Below are positions 26,130 through 37,839 of a DNA stretch of 64,000 nucleotides, piece after piece (position 1 is the stretch's first letter; every line of letters starts with the position of its first letter). The DNA is from Mustelus asterias. Lineage: Eukaryota. A model generated the notes under the pieces. It did no database searches and was not told the DNA's origin. It saw nothing but the letters and a program-made list of their open reading frames with translations. The DNA lies in assembly GCF_964213995.1 (NCBI RefSeq), contig NW_027590347.1, positions 1 to 64,000 on the forward strand, written 5' to 3'. The position numbers and the translations under genes are program-made.

Positions 26130-26466
26130 TTTTTAAAAATACTTTTCCAATTCAATCAAATCAAATCCAATTCAGAGTCTCAACAAGTTGAGACATTTCA
26201 GATCCAGGCTGACATGACAGGGCGAGCGACCAAATCACCCTGTCCTGGGCCTGATCTACATGAGCCAAGCTGATTGGAGAAGGGGGAGGTTCCTCCTCCA
26301 AGACTTGAGCTCATTTGCAACTTAGCCAAAAGGCCGAGATGCCGCTTTTAAAAATTGCTTCATATGAAACATATGAAGCTTCAGTGTAACCTAATGACCT
26401 CAACCAAGTGCGGCCGACCATGGGCTGCCGACCATACTACAGTTGATCTTAGCCAAAAGGCCGAGA
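26130..26466 (-). mobile_element. Short retroposon with U2 snRNA-derived head(s), flanked by a 17-bp TSD
   Basis: Minus strand starts tctcggccttttggctaagatcaactgtagtat (U2 5' end); second U2 piece 26339-26321; TSD atggttcgttaactcac at 26113-26129 and 26467-26483. Confidence 0.85.
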
Positions 26467-27599
26467 ATGGTTCGTTAACTCACGCTTAGTCCTTTGACGA
26501 TATTTCCTTTGCAACCCTTTTCCCATCTTCACTCCGTTTCGAGGTCGCTCAGATCAACGTATCTATTTGGCCAGAGTGCTTTGCTGGTTAAGGGACAGGT
26601 TATATAACATATACATTTCACAAGGTTGTCATTGAGTTATTTGAAACAATCCCTGAGAAAATGTACCATCAATGTTCAATCTGATTTTGAATGTCTGTGA
26701 AATCTTTTCTGACACAATTCGCAACCCAGCGCCTCCGCCTCACAATAACCAGACCAGCGACTTCATCCTCACCCCTCTCCCTAACAATATAACGATTTTC
26801 CGAATAAAAGCACTGATTATATCCCAGTTTGGGATGTTTCTGCTCACTGAAAGCCTGGTTTCCACATGCAGGACTAAAACACACTGGGAACACACATAAG
26901 TGAGGTGATGCTATGACATTATAGCAGATTAATGAGAGTGCGGAGTAGAACGAGATTTTTCTTGCTTCAACTTCCCTTTTACAGAGCGGACAGTGACAAT
27001 GTGGGAAGGCAGCAGCTGGGTGTTCTGGGAGTGGGGAGGGGCAATTTCAGAGGCAATCGTGGAATAAACAGATTTAATTTCATTTCCCAATCGTAATTTC
27101 AACCTAAAGTTTAAACACACTCCGATATGATTGATTCGCTTTTGAACATGTATTCCAGATGAGTCATGGAAATTATGTCACTTACTTATTGTCCTCAAAT
27201 GATAAGACAGAACGAGAAATAGTTTTTTTTCTTCAAGTTTCAACTATGATATTACATGGAGTGATTTTGTTTTATCCTGGCGCTCACTATTCCCGATGAG
27301 CTGCACTCACAGGAAGTCTTACACATGCCTGCAGACAATCGGGAGACAAACAACGGCAACAGCGACGTTCAGGCAGCCAAACCTCTCTCCATCTCCAGCT
27401 GGAGAAATTGGACTCTGAAGAGTTGATCAGAATAAGGGCTCAGGTACGGAGTTTATGATGGAAATCAGTCCTACCTTCGCACTTTGCATTTTTATCGGGA
27501 GCTCCTATCTGCTGGATTATAAATTAATGATTGCTTAACGTTGCAAAACCATTGCGCCGAGCGGACAGGCGAAGCCAGAATCCATCTCCTAATTGCTCC

Positions 27600-27709
27600 A
27601 AAAACGAATTCAAATTCAAATTGAATCTAATTCATGGTCCTCGCAAGATATATATACAAGATCCACGCTGACAGGAAAAGGCACCGCACTTGATCTTAGC
27701 CAAAAAGGC
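27600..27709 (-). mobile_element. Second, shorter member of the U2-headed retroposon family
   Basis: gcctttttggctaagatcaagtg (U2) joined to tgtcagcgtggatct...tgaattagattcaatttgaatt, homologous to the 3' tail of 26130-26466. Confidence 0.65.
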
Positions 27710-28001
27710 AGAATCTGGATAGATACAACCACTATGGGCAGCGGTGGTCTCAGAAGCTCAAACACACACCGAGAGGATATCGCATTAACATCGGATCAAA
27801 CTGGCACCCAAATTATTCCAGCAATGACCGAGAAAATTAACTGCAGAATTCGATCAGTCCGGCAGATCAGTCATCAACACAGTCTACAAGTAAAACCGGG
27901 TGCTGTTCAGTTTCTGATCAGTTGTAACTTCCCACAAACACAGGGCTGGATATTCCTTTCAGCTCCGGGGGACATGTTTCTGACCCTCAGACCAGACCCA
28001 C

Positions 28002-28122
28002 TGACGTCACAGGACTACATGGTGACGCCGCACATGCCCGCTTTCTGACGTCACAGTGCCGGATACTCTCATGTCACAATGCCGGTTGTTCTGACGTCAC
28101 AATGCTGGATGGCCTGACGCAT
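28002..28122 (+). promoter_or_regulatory. Tandem CRE array upstream of the V at 28330
   Basis: Perfect TGACGTCA at 28002, 28046, 28092 with degenerate copies between and after (~22-23-bp period). Confidence 0.65.
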
Positions 28123-28329
28123 GCGCACTCTCCTCCCCCACACCCTATCAACGCTGACGCTCCCTCACTGCTTCACTTTGTGATCACAAGTCCCAGAGAC
28201 CCAGCTCTGGCCGCGAGAATATAACTGGTCTTGGGCTCAGTTTCATATCCAATAGCTTTGCTTTCCCAAGAGCTTCTCTTGGCCTGAGATCTGTCGACAA
28301 GTGATTTACAAGTGTCGGTAGGATTCGAC

Positions 28330-28848
28330 ATGAAGCCCAGCTTCATGTTAGTGATCATCTCCCTGGGTTTCTTACTCTTCCCTCAGTGTGAGTGTGATCG
28401 TTATTTCTGACAGGAATATTTCATGCATGAGTAATGCCATGCTCTGTTAAATAGTACTCTGTTTTGTTGCATTATCTTGTATTGTGTATTCAATTGTTCT
28501 TTATTGTGCTACACTGTATTGCGATATGATATATTAATTTTATCATATTGTTGCACATCTACATATCCTTCCCAGATGTCACTGGCGGCGAAGAGGTATT
28601 ACAGTCTCTGGAGTCCGTGGTGGTTACCCAGGGGTACCTGGCATCGTTGAACTGTTCCACTACAGCAGCTGGACGGGTCCTACAATGGTACAGACAATTC
28701 CCGGACCGAACTATGCAGCACCTGGTGAGCGGTACCAGCGACCAGGGCAGGATCAGGGCTCGGAACATTGTTGCAGAGAAACGCAGCGTTCTGAACGTTA
28801 GCGACACTCGGGTGACAGACACCGCCACCTATTTCTGTGCAATGGAGG
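28330..28848 (+). CDS. TRAV: TCR alpha/delta-type V segment, family D (leader 28330-28387, V exon 28576-28848)
   Basis: MKPSFMLVIISLGFLLFPQ|gtgagt..cag|YVTGGEEVLQS...ASLNCST...LQWYRQFP...DTATYFCAME; short CDR2. Confidence 0.9.
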
Positions 28849-28887
28849 CACAATGTTGTGAAAATCGATAGGAGTCGTACAAAAACC
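28849..28887 (+). other. RSS CACAATG-23-ACAAAAACC
   Basis: Abuts the V coding end. Confidence 0.92.
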
Positions 28888-29526
28888 TACAGAGGAGCAG
28901 TCCTGACTGTTTGTAGCCTGTACTTCATCGGAGAGATATACATCTTATAAAGCTGTCCCTGGAAAACTTTCCCCAATCTCCCAGTAACTGAAATGTATTG
29001 CTGATCTGGGTTTCTTGTGAATATCAGTCGAAAAGGAAGAAGTACTTTCAGATGTGAGTTATTGCTTGTCAAAATCCACACCAGACACCGTGTGCTGTCC
29101 AAGGACCTTTGGGACAATGGCTGTGTTATTCGGTGCTTTTGAAACGTTAATTGCTCACTTCATGTGTTAAATTCAATCCCAGTCTTTTAGACATTCTGTA
29201 CTTTGTCACACAATCCAGTGAGGCAAACTCACTGACCCTGGATCCCTTCGAGTCTGGAAGAACATCCCATAATGATCTGCTAAACTTATTGCATAACCCT
29301 TGGCTATCGCCACGTCGGTCAGCCCCACACAAGAATTCGGGTAATTTCCGAGACATTTACGAACTCGCGGTATGGTGATAAGGATGATGATTTCCCAGAC
29401 TGGCTCTATGTTGATTTCAACAACGGTAAGGACAGCAATGCAATTTTTTGGAATAAAAACCTGTCTCTGTAAGCCTTGAAACGAACTCAGGTAAACACAT
29501 CAAAGATACAGGACCGAGCGCGCTGG

Positions 29527-29685
29527 AGTTTTTGTACAGGGTTTTAGCTGTAATCTAACGCTGTGCCTCACAGCACAGTAATAGACCGCCCCGTCCTCCG
29601 CACTGAGGCCGCTTATGTTGAGGTAACCAGACTTTGTAGACTCGTCAGCAGCCGCCAGATATCGCCCTGAGATCTTATCTTTCTT
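29527..29685 (-). pseudogene. 5'-truncated family A V relic with intact 23-RSS (29527-29565)
   Basis: KKDKISGRYLAAADESTKSGYLNISGLSAEDGAVYYCAVR + CACAGCG-23-ACAAAAACT; 5' half replaced by a minisatellite. Confidence 0.9.
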
Positions 29686-29900
29686 GGGGACAGTGTAGAG
29701 CGAGCTTTGCTCTGTATGTTACCCTGTGCTGTCCCTGTCCTGCGAGTGTTTGATGGAGACAGTGTAGGGGGACCTTTACTCTGTATTGAATCCCGTGCTG
29801 TATTTGTCCTGGGAGTGTTTAATGGGGACAGTGTCGAGGGAGCTATACTCTGTACCTAACCCCGTGCTGTACCTGTCCTGGGAGTGTTTGATGGGGACAG
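29686..29900. repeat. 69-bp minisatellite, about 3 copies
   Basis: Unit starts at 29686, 29755, 29824, 29893 (ggggacagtgtagag...gtcctgggagtgtttgat). Confidence 0.92.
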
Positions 29901-30739
29901 GACTTGGGGGACATTGGATTTTAGACAATGTTTAGGGTTTTAGACTTTTCGGAGTGAAATTCAGGAACACTTTGCCACACCAGGTGTGATATTAGTTTGG
30001 AACTACCTTCTATAATTCACAGTTGATGCTCAGTCGCTTATTAATGTTCAAACCCGAAGTTGATAGATGGTATTTTACACACAGGAGAAGCAATTTAAAA
30101 TCAATGGGTCAATGTTAAAATAGTTGCAGGAACAGAGAGACCTGGGGTTTCAGTTCATTTTTACATCTTAGAGATTCAACCTGGGGCTCAGAATCTGTCA
30201 GTTGAATCTACTTTTCCTGTCCCGAAAACGTGTCAACAATTGTGTTGGGGAATGTGACAAAAGGTGACATTCCTGCATCCTGCACAGTGGGGTTGGGAGG
30301 TTGTTTGAAAGGAGATTCAGAAAGCGTCAATTAGATTGTGTCTCTTTGCAGAAGGTGAGTATTTCACAGGAGATGCCTTGAGATAAAGGAAAGTTTTACC
30401 AATGTCTGCGTAACTTTCAAAGTCTCCAGACGCATGAAGGGGGCAGAGATTTTGTAATATTCAGAGCAGGAGATGCCAGACAATCACAGAATTGAAGATG
30501 TGAGGCCATCTCTTGTTTCTGAATGTCAATCTGTAGCTTTTAAACTTTAGTCCTGGGCTAATCATTCCAAGTTTGCAATCCCACACTTTGCTGTTGTGAA
30601 TTTTGAGTTGTAAATTTTCTGAAATTGATTCTGTAATAAAAATCCCTGCAGGATGCAATGATTCCCATTCTGTCTGCTGCTGCAAAGCCCCAGTTTGTGT
30701 CTCAGTTTCACTATTTATCAACCATTTAAGATCCAAGAG

Positions 30740-31225
30740 TCATAGAATTCCTACACTGCAGAATGAGGCCATTCAGCCCAACAAGCCTGCCCCGACAATA
30801 ATCCCACCCAGGCCCGAATCCCCCTGACCCTAAGGGGCAATTTAGCAAACGTGCAAACTCCACACAGTCACTCGAGGCGGGGAATCGAACCCAGATCCCT
30901 GGCGCTGTGAGTCAGCAGTGCTAACCACTGTGCCACCGTGTCGCCCGGTGATGAGACAGAACGTTTGCCAAAGTGCACAGAAATAGGCAGCATTGTCAGC
31001 ATTTTAGCTGGAAGCTTCAAATGACAAAGGGATCTTAATAGTAGAGTCACAGAATCCCTGCAGTGCAGAAGGAGACCATTCAGCCCATCAAGTCTGCACT
31101 GACTCTCTGACACAGCATCTTGACCCAGCCCTATCCCCGTAACCCCACACATTTACCTTAATCCACCTAACTACACAGTTTTGGACAGTAAATGGCAATT
31201 TACTGTGTCCAATCCACCTCACCTT
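30740..31225 (-). mobile_element. Cluster of HE1-type SINE pieces
   Basis: cctacactgcagaatgaggccattcagccc; tRNA head ...cagcagtgctaaccactgtgccaccgtg; second tail at 31045-31220. Confidence 0.75.
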
Positions 31226-31239
31226 CACAGCTTTGGAAT

Positions 31240-32630
31240 ACACTGGCACGGATTTAGAAATGGTTAAAGGACAGAAAACAGAGCTGAGGTACAAATGGGT
31301 CATTTTCAGGGTGGCAGGCTGTGACCAGCGGCTTATCACAAGGATCAGTACTCGGGAGCCCAGCTATTCACAATCCATATCATTGATTTGGACGTTTGGG
31401 ATCAAATGTAATATTTCCCAGTTTGTACATGACATGAAAGCAGGTGGAAGTGAGAGTTGTGAGGAGGATGTCGACTCTTCAAGGGGATGTGGGAGAGGCT
31501 GAATTAGTGGTGAAACCACACACAGAGTGTTGTGGACAGTTTTATCCTCTTACCTAAGGAAAGATATTCTTGTCATAGAGAGACTTCAATGAGGTTTCAC
31601 TGCATTAATTCCTGGGATGGAGGGAGTGTCCCCTGAGGAAAGATTAAATAGACTGGACTTTTATTTTATGCACTTTGGAAAAATGAGAGGTGATCTCATT
31701 CAAACTCAGACAATTCTTACAGGGCTCAGCAGGGTAGAGTCATAGAGGTTTACAGCATGGAAACAGGCCCTTTGGCCCAACTTGTCCAATGCCAACCAGA
31801 TTTTACCATTAAGCTAATACCAATTGCCTGCATTTGGCCCACATCCTTCCATGCCAATCTTACCAATATAACTGTCTAAATTGTACCCGCCGCTACTACA
31901 ACATCTGGCAGCTTGTTCCAATCCCCCACCACCCTATGTGTGAAAAGAATTGCCCTCTGGACTCTCATCCCACTCATCTGAAACTTATGTCCTCTAGTTT
32001 TAGACTCCCCTCCCTTTTGGAAAAGATGTTGACGAGCTTATCAAAGAACAAAGAGAATTACAGCACAGGAACAGGCCCTTCGGCCCTCCAAGCCTGCACC
32101 AACCATGCTGCCCGACTGAACTAAAACCCCCTTCCCTTCCGGGGACCATATCCCTCTATTCCCATCCTATTCATGTATTTGTCCAGACGTTCCGTAAAAC
32201 TCACTATCGTATCTGCTTCCACTACCTCCCCCGGCAGCGAGTTCCAGGCACCCACCACCCTCTGTGTAAAAAAACTTGCCTTGTACATCTCCTTTCAACC
32301 TTGCCCCGAGCACCATAAACCTGTGCCCCCGAGTAATTGACACTTGCACCCTCGGAGAAAGCTTCTGACTATCCACTCTGTCCATACTCCTCATAATCTT
32401 GTATACTTCCATCAGGTCTCTCTCCCCCCCCCCCTCCGTCGTTCCAGTGAGAACAAATCAAGTTTCTCCAACCTCTCCTCATAGCTAATGCCCTCCATAC
32501 CAGAGGCAACATCCTGGTAAATCTTTTCTGTACCCTCTCCAAAGCTTCCACATCCTTCTGGTAGTGTGTCGACCAGAATTGAACACGATATTCCAAGTGC
32601 GGCCGAACTGAGATTCTATAAAGCTGCTAT
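31240..32630. mobile_element. Nested CR1-clade LINE fragments (old + strand piece, then two - strand 3' pieces)
   Basis: EYRVQFWSTHYQKDVEALERVQKRFTRML and EVYKIMRSMDRVD on the minus strand. Confidence 0.85.
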
Positions 32631-32654
32631 ATCCATGCCCTCATTATTTTAGAA

Positions 32655-33000
32655 TAGAATAGAATAGAAACCCTACAGTGCAGAAGGAGGCCATTCGGCC
32701 CATCGAGTCTGCACCGACCACAATCCCACCCAGGCCCTACCCCCACATATTTACCCGCTAATCCCTCTAACCTACGCATCCCAGGACTCGAAGGGGCAAT
32801 TTTTTTTTTTTAACCTGGCCAATCAACCTAACCCGCACATCTTTGGACTGTGGGAGGAAACCGGAGCACCCGGAGGAAACCCACGCAGACACGAGGAGAA
32901 TGTGCAAACTCCACACAGACAGTGACCCGAGCCGGGAATCGAACCCGGGACCCTGGAGCTGTGAAGCAGCAGTGCTAACCACTGTGCTACCGTGCCGCCC
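32655..33000 (-). mobile_element. Full-length HE1 V-SINE
   Basis: Head gggcggcacggtagcacagtggttagcactgctgcttcacagc with box A/B, V-domain, tail (ttcta)n. Confidence 0.92.
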
Positions 33001-33089
33001 TCTACAAGACCACCCCTAAGCCTACTCAAGGGAAAAAAGTCCCAGACTATCCAGCCTCTCATTATAACTCAAACCAACAGGACCCCGTA

Positions 33090-33435
33090 GTTTAAACTAG
33101 ATAGGTTGTGGGGAGGGGATAAAAATGAGGTGACTGAGAGTGAGGAAGGTAGCTCGCAAGCAGAGAAGGGTTATGGGCAGTGCAAGAGGGCGGATGGACA
33201 GGGAATAGAGAAGGGGAGAGCTCAGACCTAAGGATTGAGATGTGTTTACTTTAATGCCAGGAGTATAGTGAGTAAAGGGGATGAGCTCAGAGCGTGGATC
33301 GATGCCTGAAAGTGTGATGTGGTGGCCATTACGGAGACTTGGATGTCTCAGGGACAGGACTGGATACTCCAGGTGCCGGGATTCAGATGTTTCAGGAAGG
33401 ACAGGGAGGGAGGCAAGAGAGGGGGTGGAGTGTCT
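33090..33435 (+). mobile_element. CR1-clade LINE fragment, start of the APE endonuclease
   Basis: LRCVYFNARSIVSKGDELRAWIDA*KCDVVAITETW...FRKDREGGKRGGGV. Confidence 0.88.
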
Positions 33436-33509
33436 GAAATATTAAAAATATTCTGAAACCCTTTCAAAGTGAAATTAAGGAACACTTCTTCACACAAAGG
33501 GTGTTCTCG

Positions 33510-34640
33510 AATCACAGAACAGCAGGAGGCCATTCAGCCCATCATGTCTGCCCCGATCCCGGAAGAGCCACCCAGCGAGTCCCATTCTCCAGCCCTGTCT
33601 CCTCAGCCCCCTAAATCAATCACTTTCAAATATGTATCCGCCTCTCTTTTGAATCCTCCTATGGAATCTGCCTCCACCTCTCTCCCAGGCAGCGCATTCC
33701 AAATCCTAACAACTCTCCGAGTAAAGAAGTTTCTCCTCATCTCACTCCCAGCTCCCTTTCTGACCATCTTGAAATTGTGACCCCTTCGTCACTGACACAC
33801 CAACGAGTGGAAACAGAATATCCTTCTTCACCCTGTCAACATTGTTCATCATTCTGAACACCTCGATAAGGTCACCTCTTAATCTTCTCTGCTCCAAGGA
33901 GAATAAGGCCAATTTCTCTCATCTTTCCTTGGATCTAAAATCTCTCATTCCTGGAATCATTCTAGTGAATCTCCTTTGCACTCTCTCTCTCTCTCTCTGC
34001 CTCTCTCGAGGACTTTAACGTCCTTCCTTAAATAAGGTGCCCAGAACTGATCCCAGTGCTCCGAATGTGATCTGTCCAATGATTTGTAGAGGTGTAGCAT
34101 CACTTCCTTGCTTTTATACTCTATGCCTCTCTTTATAAACCCAAGGATCCTATCAGGCTTCTTAACAACTGTTTCATCTTGCCTGGCCACCTTCAGAGAA
34201 TGAATCACTTGAAACCCAAGGCCCATCTGCTCCTGTAGTCCCCTCAACGTTGTACCATTGAGTCTGTATCGTCTCCCCATGTTTCTTCCACCAAAATGCA
34301 TTCCCTCCCATTTCGCTGCATTGAAATTTATCTGCCAGGTGTCTGCCCATTTGGCCAACTTGTCCACGTCCCTCTGAAGTCGCTCAGTGTCATCCTCACA
34401 ATTCACTCTTCTCCCGAGCTCAGCATCATCTGCAAATTTGGAGATTGTGCGTTCAACCCCCGTCGCTGAGCTGTGAATATAAATCAGAAACAGCAAGGGT
34501 CCCAACACTGATCCCTGGGGAACACCACTTTCAACTCGTCTCCAGTCTGAGAAATGCCCATCTCTACCTCCCCTCTGTTTCCTATCTCTTACCAAACTTC
34601 TAATCCATGCTGCCAAGGACTCATCCATCCCTAATATTTC
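33510..34640 (-). mobile_element. CR1-clade LINE RT fragment
   Basis: GVPQGSVLGPLLFLIYI...ISKFADD RT motifs. Confidence 0.93.
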
Positions 34641-35259
34641 TCATTTGCTGATTTGCATGTTAGTGGAGCGGTGTAAAAGGCATGCGGAACGCTTGCCTTT
34701 TTCAGTCGAGGCATAGATTACAAAAGCAGGGTAGTCATGTTGGAGCTGTATAAAACTTTGGTGAGGCCACAGCTGGAGTACTGTGTGCGGTTCTGGTCGC
34801 CACATTATAGGAAGGGTGTGAATGGACTGGACAGGGTGCAGAGGAGATTCACCAGGATGCATCTGAGCTGGAGTCTTTCTCTACACCCTACCTATGACTG
34901 CAACACTACATTCAGCACCCTCTCTTTTACTTCTCCCCGATGTACTCTATGAACGGTATGTTTTGTCTGGACAGCATACAAGAAACAATACTTTTCACTG
35001 TATCCCAATACATGCGACAGTAATAAATCAAATCAAAATCCTCCCAATTCTTTCCTCCACGATAGGTCGCAGCATTTAAAGAACACGCCCAGGGCCCAGT
35101 GCTGAGTCTGAGGGTATCTGACTACAGTAAGGTGAGTGATACAGGAGGGTCTCACTGTCTGAGGGAGGTGAGTCTTAGCCGGGGGGGTGCGTGAGTGACC
35201 CAGGTTAATCTGACACTCCAGGGACAGTTGGAATGGAGCTTTCCCCCGGGCTGTCCCCT

Positions 35260-35470
35260 CCCCGTGTCTGCGTGGGTTTCCTCCGGGTGCTCCGGTTTCC
35301 TCCCACAGTCTGAAAGATGTGCCGGTTAGGGTGCATTGGCCGTGCTAAATTCCCCCTCAGTGTAACCCGAACAGGCGCCGGAGTGTGGGCGACTAGGGGA
35401 TTCTCACAGTAACTTCATTGTAGTGTTAATGTAAGCCTACTTCTGAGACTAATAAATAAACTGAAACTGA
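35260..35470 (+). mobile_element. 5'-truncated V-SINE
   Basis: V-domain plus the same tail as 728-1027. Confidence 0.85.
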
Positions 35471-35639
35471 AGGTCAAGGTGCTGCTGTGACAATGCACTC
35501 TTGTTTAAACACTCTGCAATGCTGAGACTGGGAGAAGTGACCAACAGGGGGCAGCATTGCAGCTTCTGTCCCCCTATTGAAACTGGGATTGTTGCTCCAT
35601 CTGCTGCACAATCCCAACCCCATCCACTGGGGGCAATCT

Positions 35640-36000
35640 GGACAATGGCTGCAGACAGACCTCACTGCGCACGCGCAGCAATGACACCCGCCGCAGGCGG
35701 CCATTTTGCGTTGCCAAGGGAGACGGCCAGCGGCCATATTCCGTTGCCAAGGGAGTCGGCGGCCACCATCTTGCGTTGCCAGGGGAGACGGCATCAATGC
35801 GGCGGCGTCCCCGCGCGCTGACCTCTGGGAGCATTCCCGTCCCGCACATGCGCACAGGCAGCCCTTCCCCCTCGACTGACCCCCCCTGTTGTCCCACCAA
35901 CGAGCATGGGCCGGGCCGGAGTGGGCAAGAGGTGACACTGGGAGGAGCAGCCTCCCCCCCGGGAGCGTTACAGCGACGCCTGGTGGCCAGGAAGGGCAAT
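35640..36000. promoter_or_regulatory. CpG-island-like promoter with a triple YY1 + RFX X-box cassette and NRF1-like sites
   Basis: gcggccatttt-gc-gttgccaagggagac-like unit x3 (gttgcc at 35710, 35743, 35775); tgcgcacgcgca at 35666. Confidence 0.6.
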
Positions 36001-37165
36001 AGCAGCAGCACAGTCTCTGCCCAAAGGCTTCCCCAGTTCAGCTGCTCAGAGACACTGGGAATGTCTTCAAGTGGAAACTTCAGCTTCTCACATTCACCCC
36101 CTGTGTTCAGTCATTGTTTCCTAGGCAAAGTAGTGAAGAACATTGGGAGAACATGCTTCCAGCTTAAGAATTCCACAAAATCAGCAGAATTGTAAAATTA
36201 TGTCAACTCTTGTACTCTGATGTGAAGAAGTAATTTTATATCATGGGCAGTCCTCATTTATTGGGAGACTAAGAGGCGTTACCCAATGACAGGATTGGCT
36301 TGTTTCTCAGTGTTGTCAAGAATTGGCCACCGAACAACATTGGTTGTAGCCCAATAACTTTACCTGCCCCTGCCTGTCTTTCTCTGCGCCTCTGGTTCTC
36401 TGTTCACCTCGGTGTCCATCTTGCACTCTCAATATTTTGGCGGCTAATGTCTGTCTCCTCTCTCTGTGTCTCAAAGCCCCTCTCTCCCTCAACCGTTTTC
36501 CAGCAACGTGCAGAATTTAGAACATGCAATTTCTCCCAGTCTCCTATTTCAATAAATTCCCCAAGCCCCATTAGGGGACAGCTGATATGTTAGCCAAAAT
36601 ATCATCATGACAACTCTGAGGAAAGTTTAAAATTGAAGCAGGTGCACTGAAATCCGACAATCTGTCAGATAAATGTGAGGTTGGAGTCAAATTTACAACC
36701 TTTCGATGTGTGGAGAGAACTTTATTGAGAGTTCGAATCTTATCAGTATTGCTGTGGTTTCAAATTTTGTAACACGAATATAGTTTAACAGAAAGGCCTG
36801 GAACACTCAAAACAGATAAAGCAATTAATTGATGAGGATTCAGACTGAAGTTCGTATTAGTTCCGTGCATGAGTCCACCTGAATTTAAGTATATTATAAT
36901 AAGAATCATGAGAACAAGAAAAAATACAGCAGCAAAATCCTGCAACAAGATCTTCCAGTAATCTGAGAATTCACTGATCTCCCATTTACCTCACATCACC
37001 ACCAGAGGGCGATCCCTCACCGTGTTTTTGTGTTCACTGTTTCAGGAGCAGGTTCCATAACACATGGATATGTTGGGGAGCCACAATCCAAGAGAACAGG
37101 ATGAATAATTCAATTACACGGTTAAAGGATAGAGAGCAGTAATGCAGGAGAACTCTGCTTTTAAA

Positions 37166-37302
37166 GACCATTCACCTGCTCCCAGTGTGGGAAGGGATTC
37201 ATTACCTCATCCCATCTGCTGAAACATCGGCGAATCCACACTGGAGAGAGGCCGTTCACTTGCTGTGTGTGTGGGAAGAGATTCACTCAGTCTTCAAACC
37301 TC
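37166..37302 (+). pseudogene. C2H2 zinc-finger gene fragment
   Basis: [46 protein letters not shown], cut by a Penelope end. Confidence 0.85.
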
Positions 37303-37497
37303 TTTATATGCCCTGTTTGCCCTGTCTTTATATGCCCTGTTTGTGAACAGAATTCACACTCACCTGAAGAAGGGGCTTGGAGCTCCGAAAGCTTGTGTGG
37401 CTTTTGCTACCAAATAAACCTGTTGGACTTTAAGCTGGTGTTGTTAAACTTCTTACTGTGTTTACCCCAGTCCAACGCCGGCATCTCCACATCATGT
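37303..37497 (+). mobile_element. Penelope-like element 3' end with hammerhead-like motif (similar at 39790-39955)
   Basis: cacctgaagaaggggcttggagctccgaaagcttgtg...ccaaataaacctgttggacttt. Confidence 0.7.
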
Positions 37498-37839
37498 TCT
37501 GCCTGAGTCAGAGGTGGAAGAAGATTCCGTCAAGAGGAAATTGAATGGGAAGCTGAAGGGAAAATATTGACAGGGTTACGGGGAGAGGGTGGAGGATTGG
37601 GAATAGTGAAACTGCTCTTGCAGTGTGTCGATCCAGGCTTGACGGGCTGAATGGCCTCCTGTGCTGTCACCATTCTATGATTCACACACAAGTTAACTTC
37701 TCAGTGTCTATTAGGCCCCACTCGTTCCTCCATGATCAGTTCCAGCATTTCAAGTTCAGATCCCAGTACTTTTTAGTTGGGGCATTGGGGAGTAAAACAG
37801 AAATAGGAATGAGAGTGTCGGTGCGTTTATGTTTTTGTA

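Noticed and set aside
26434-26467. Functional U2 snRNA gene
   Set aside because: Only the first ~39 nt are present; no Sm site, 3' stem-loops or promoter; lies inside a TSD-flanked insertion
28052-28058. Perfect heptamer CACAGTG in the CRE array
   Set aside because: No nonamer at 12 or 23 bp; by-product of TGACGTCAC
32930-33000. tRNA gene
   Set aside because: tRNA-derived head of an HE1 SINE, continuous with V-domain and tail
35474-36195. Overlapping ORFs in the GC-rich island
   Set aside because: Expected from stop-codon scarcity in GC-rich DNA; no recognisable domain
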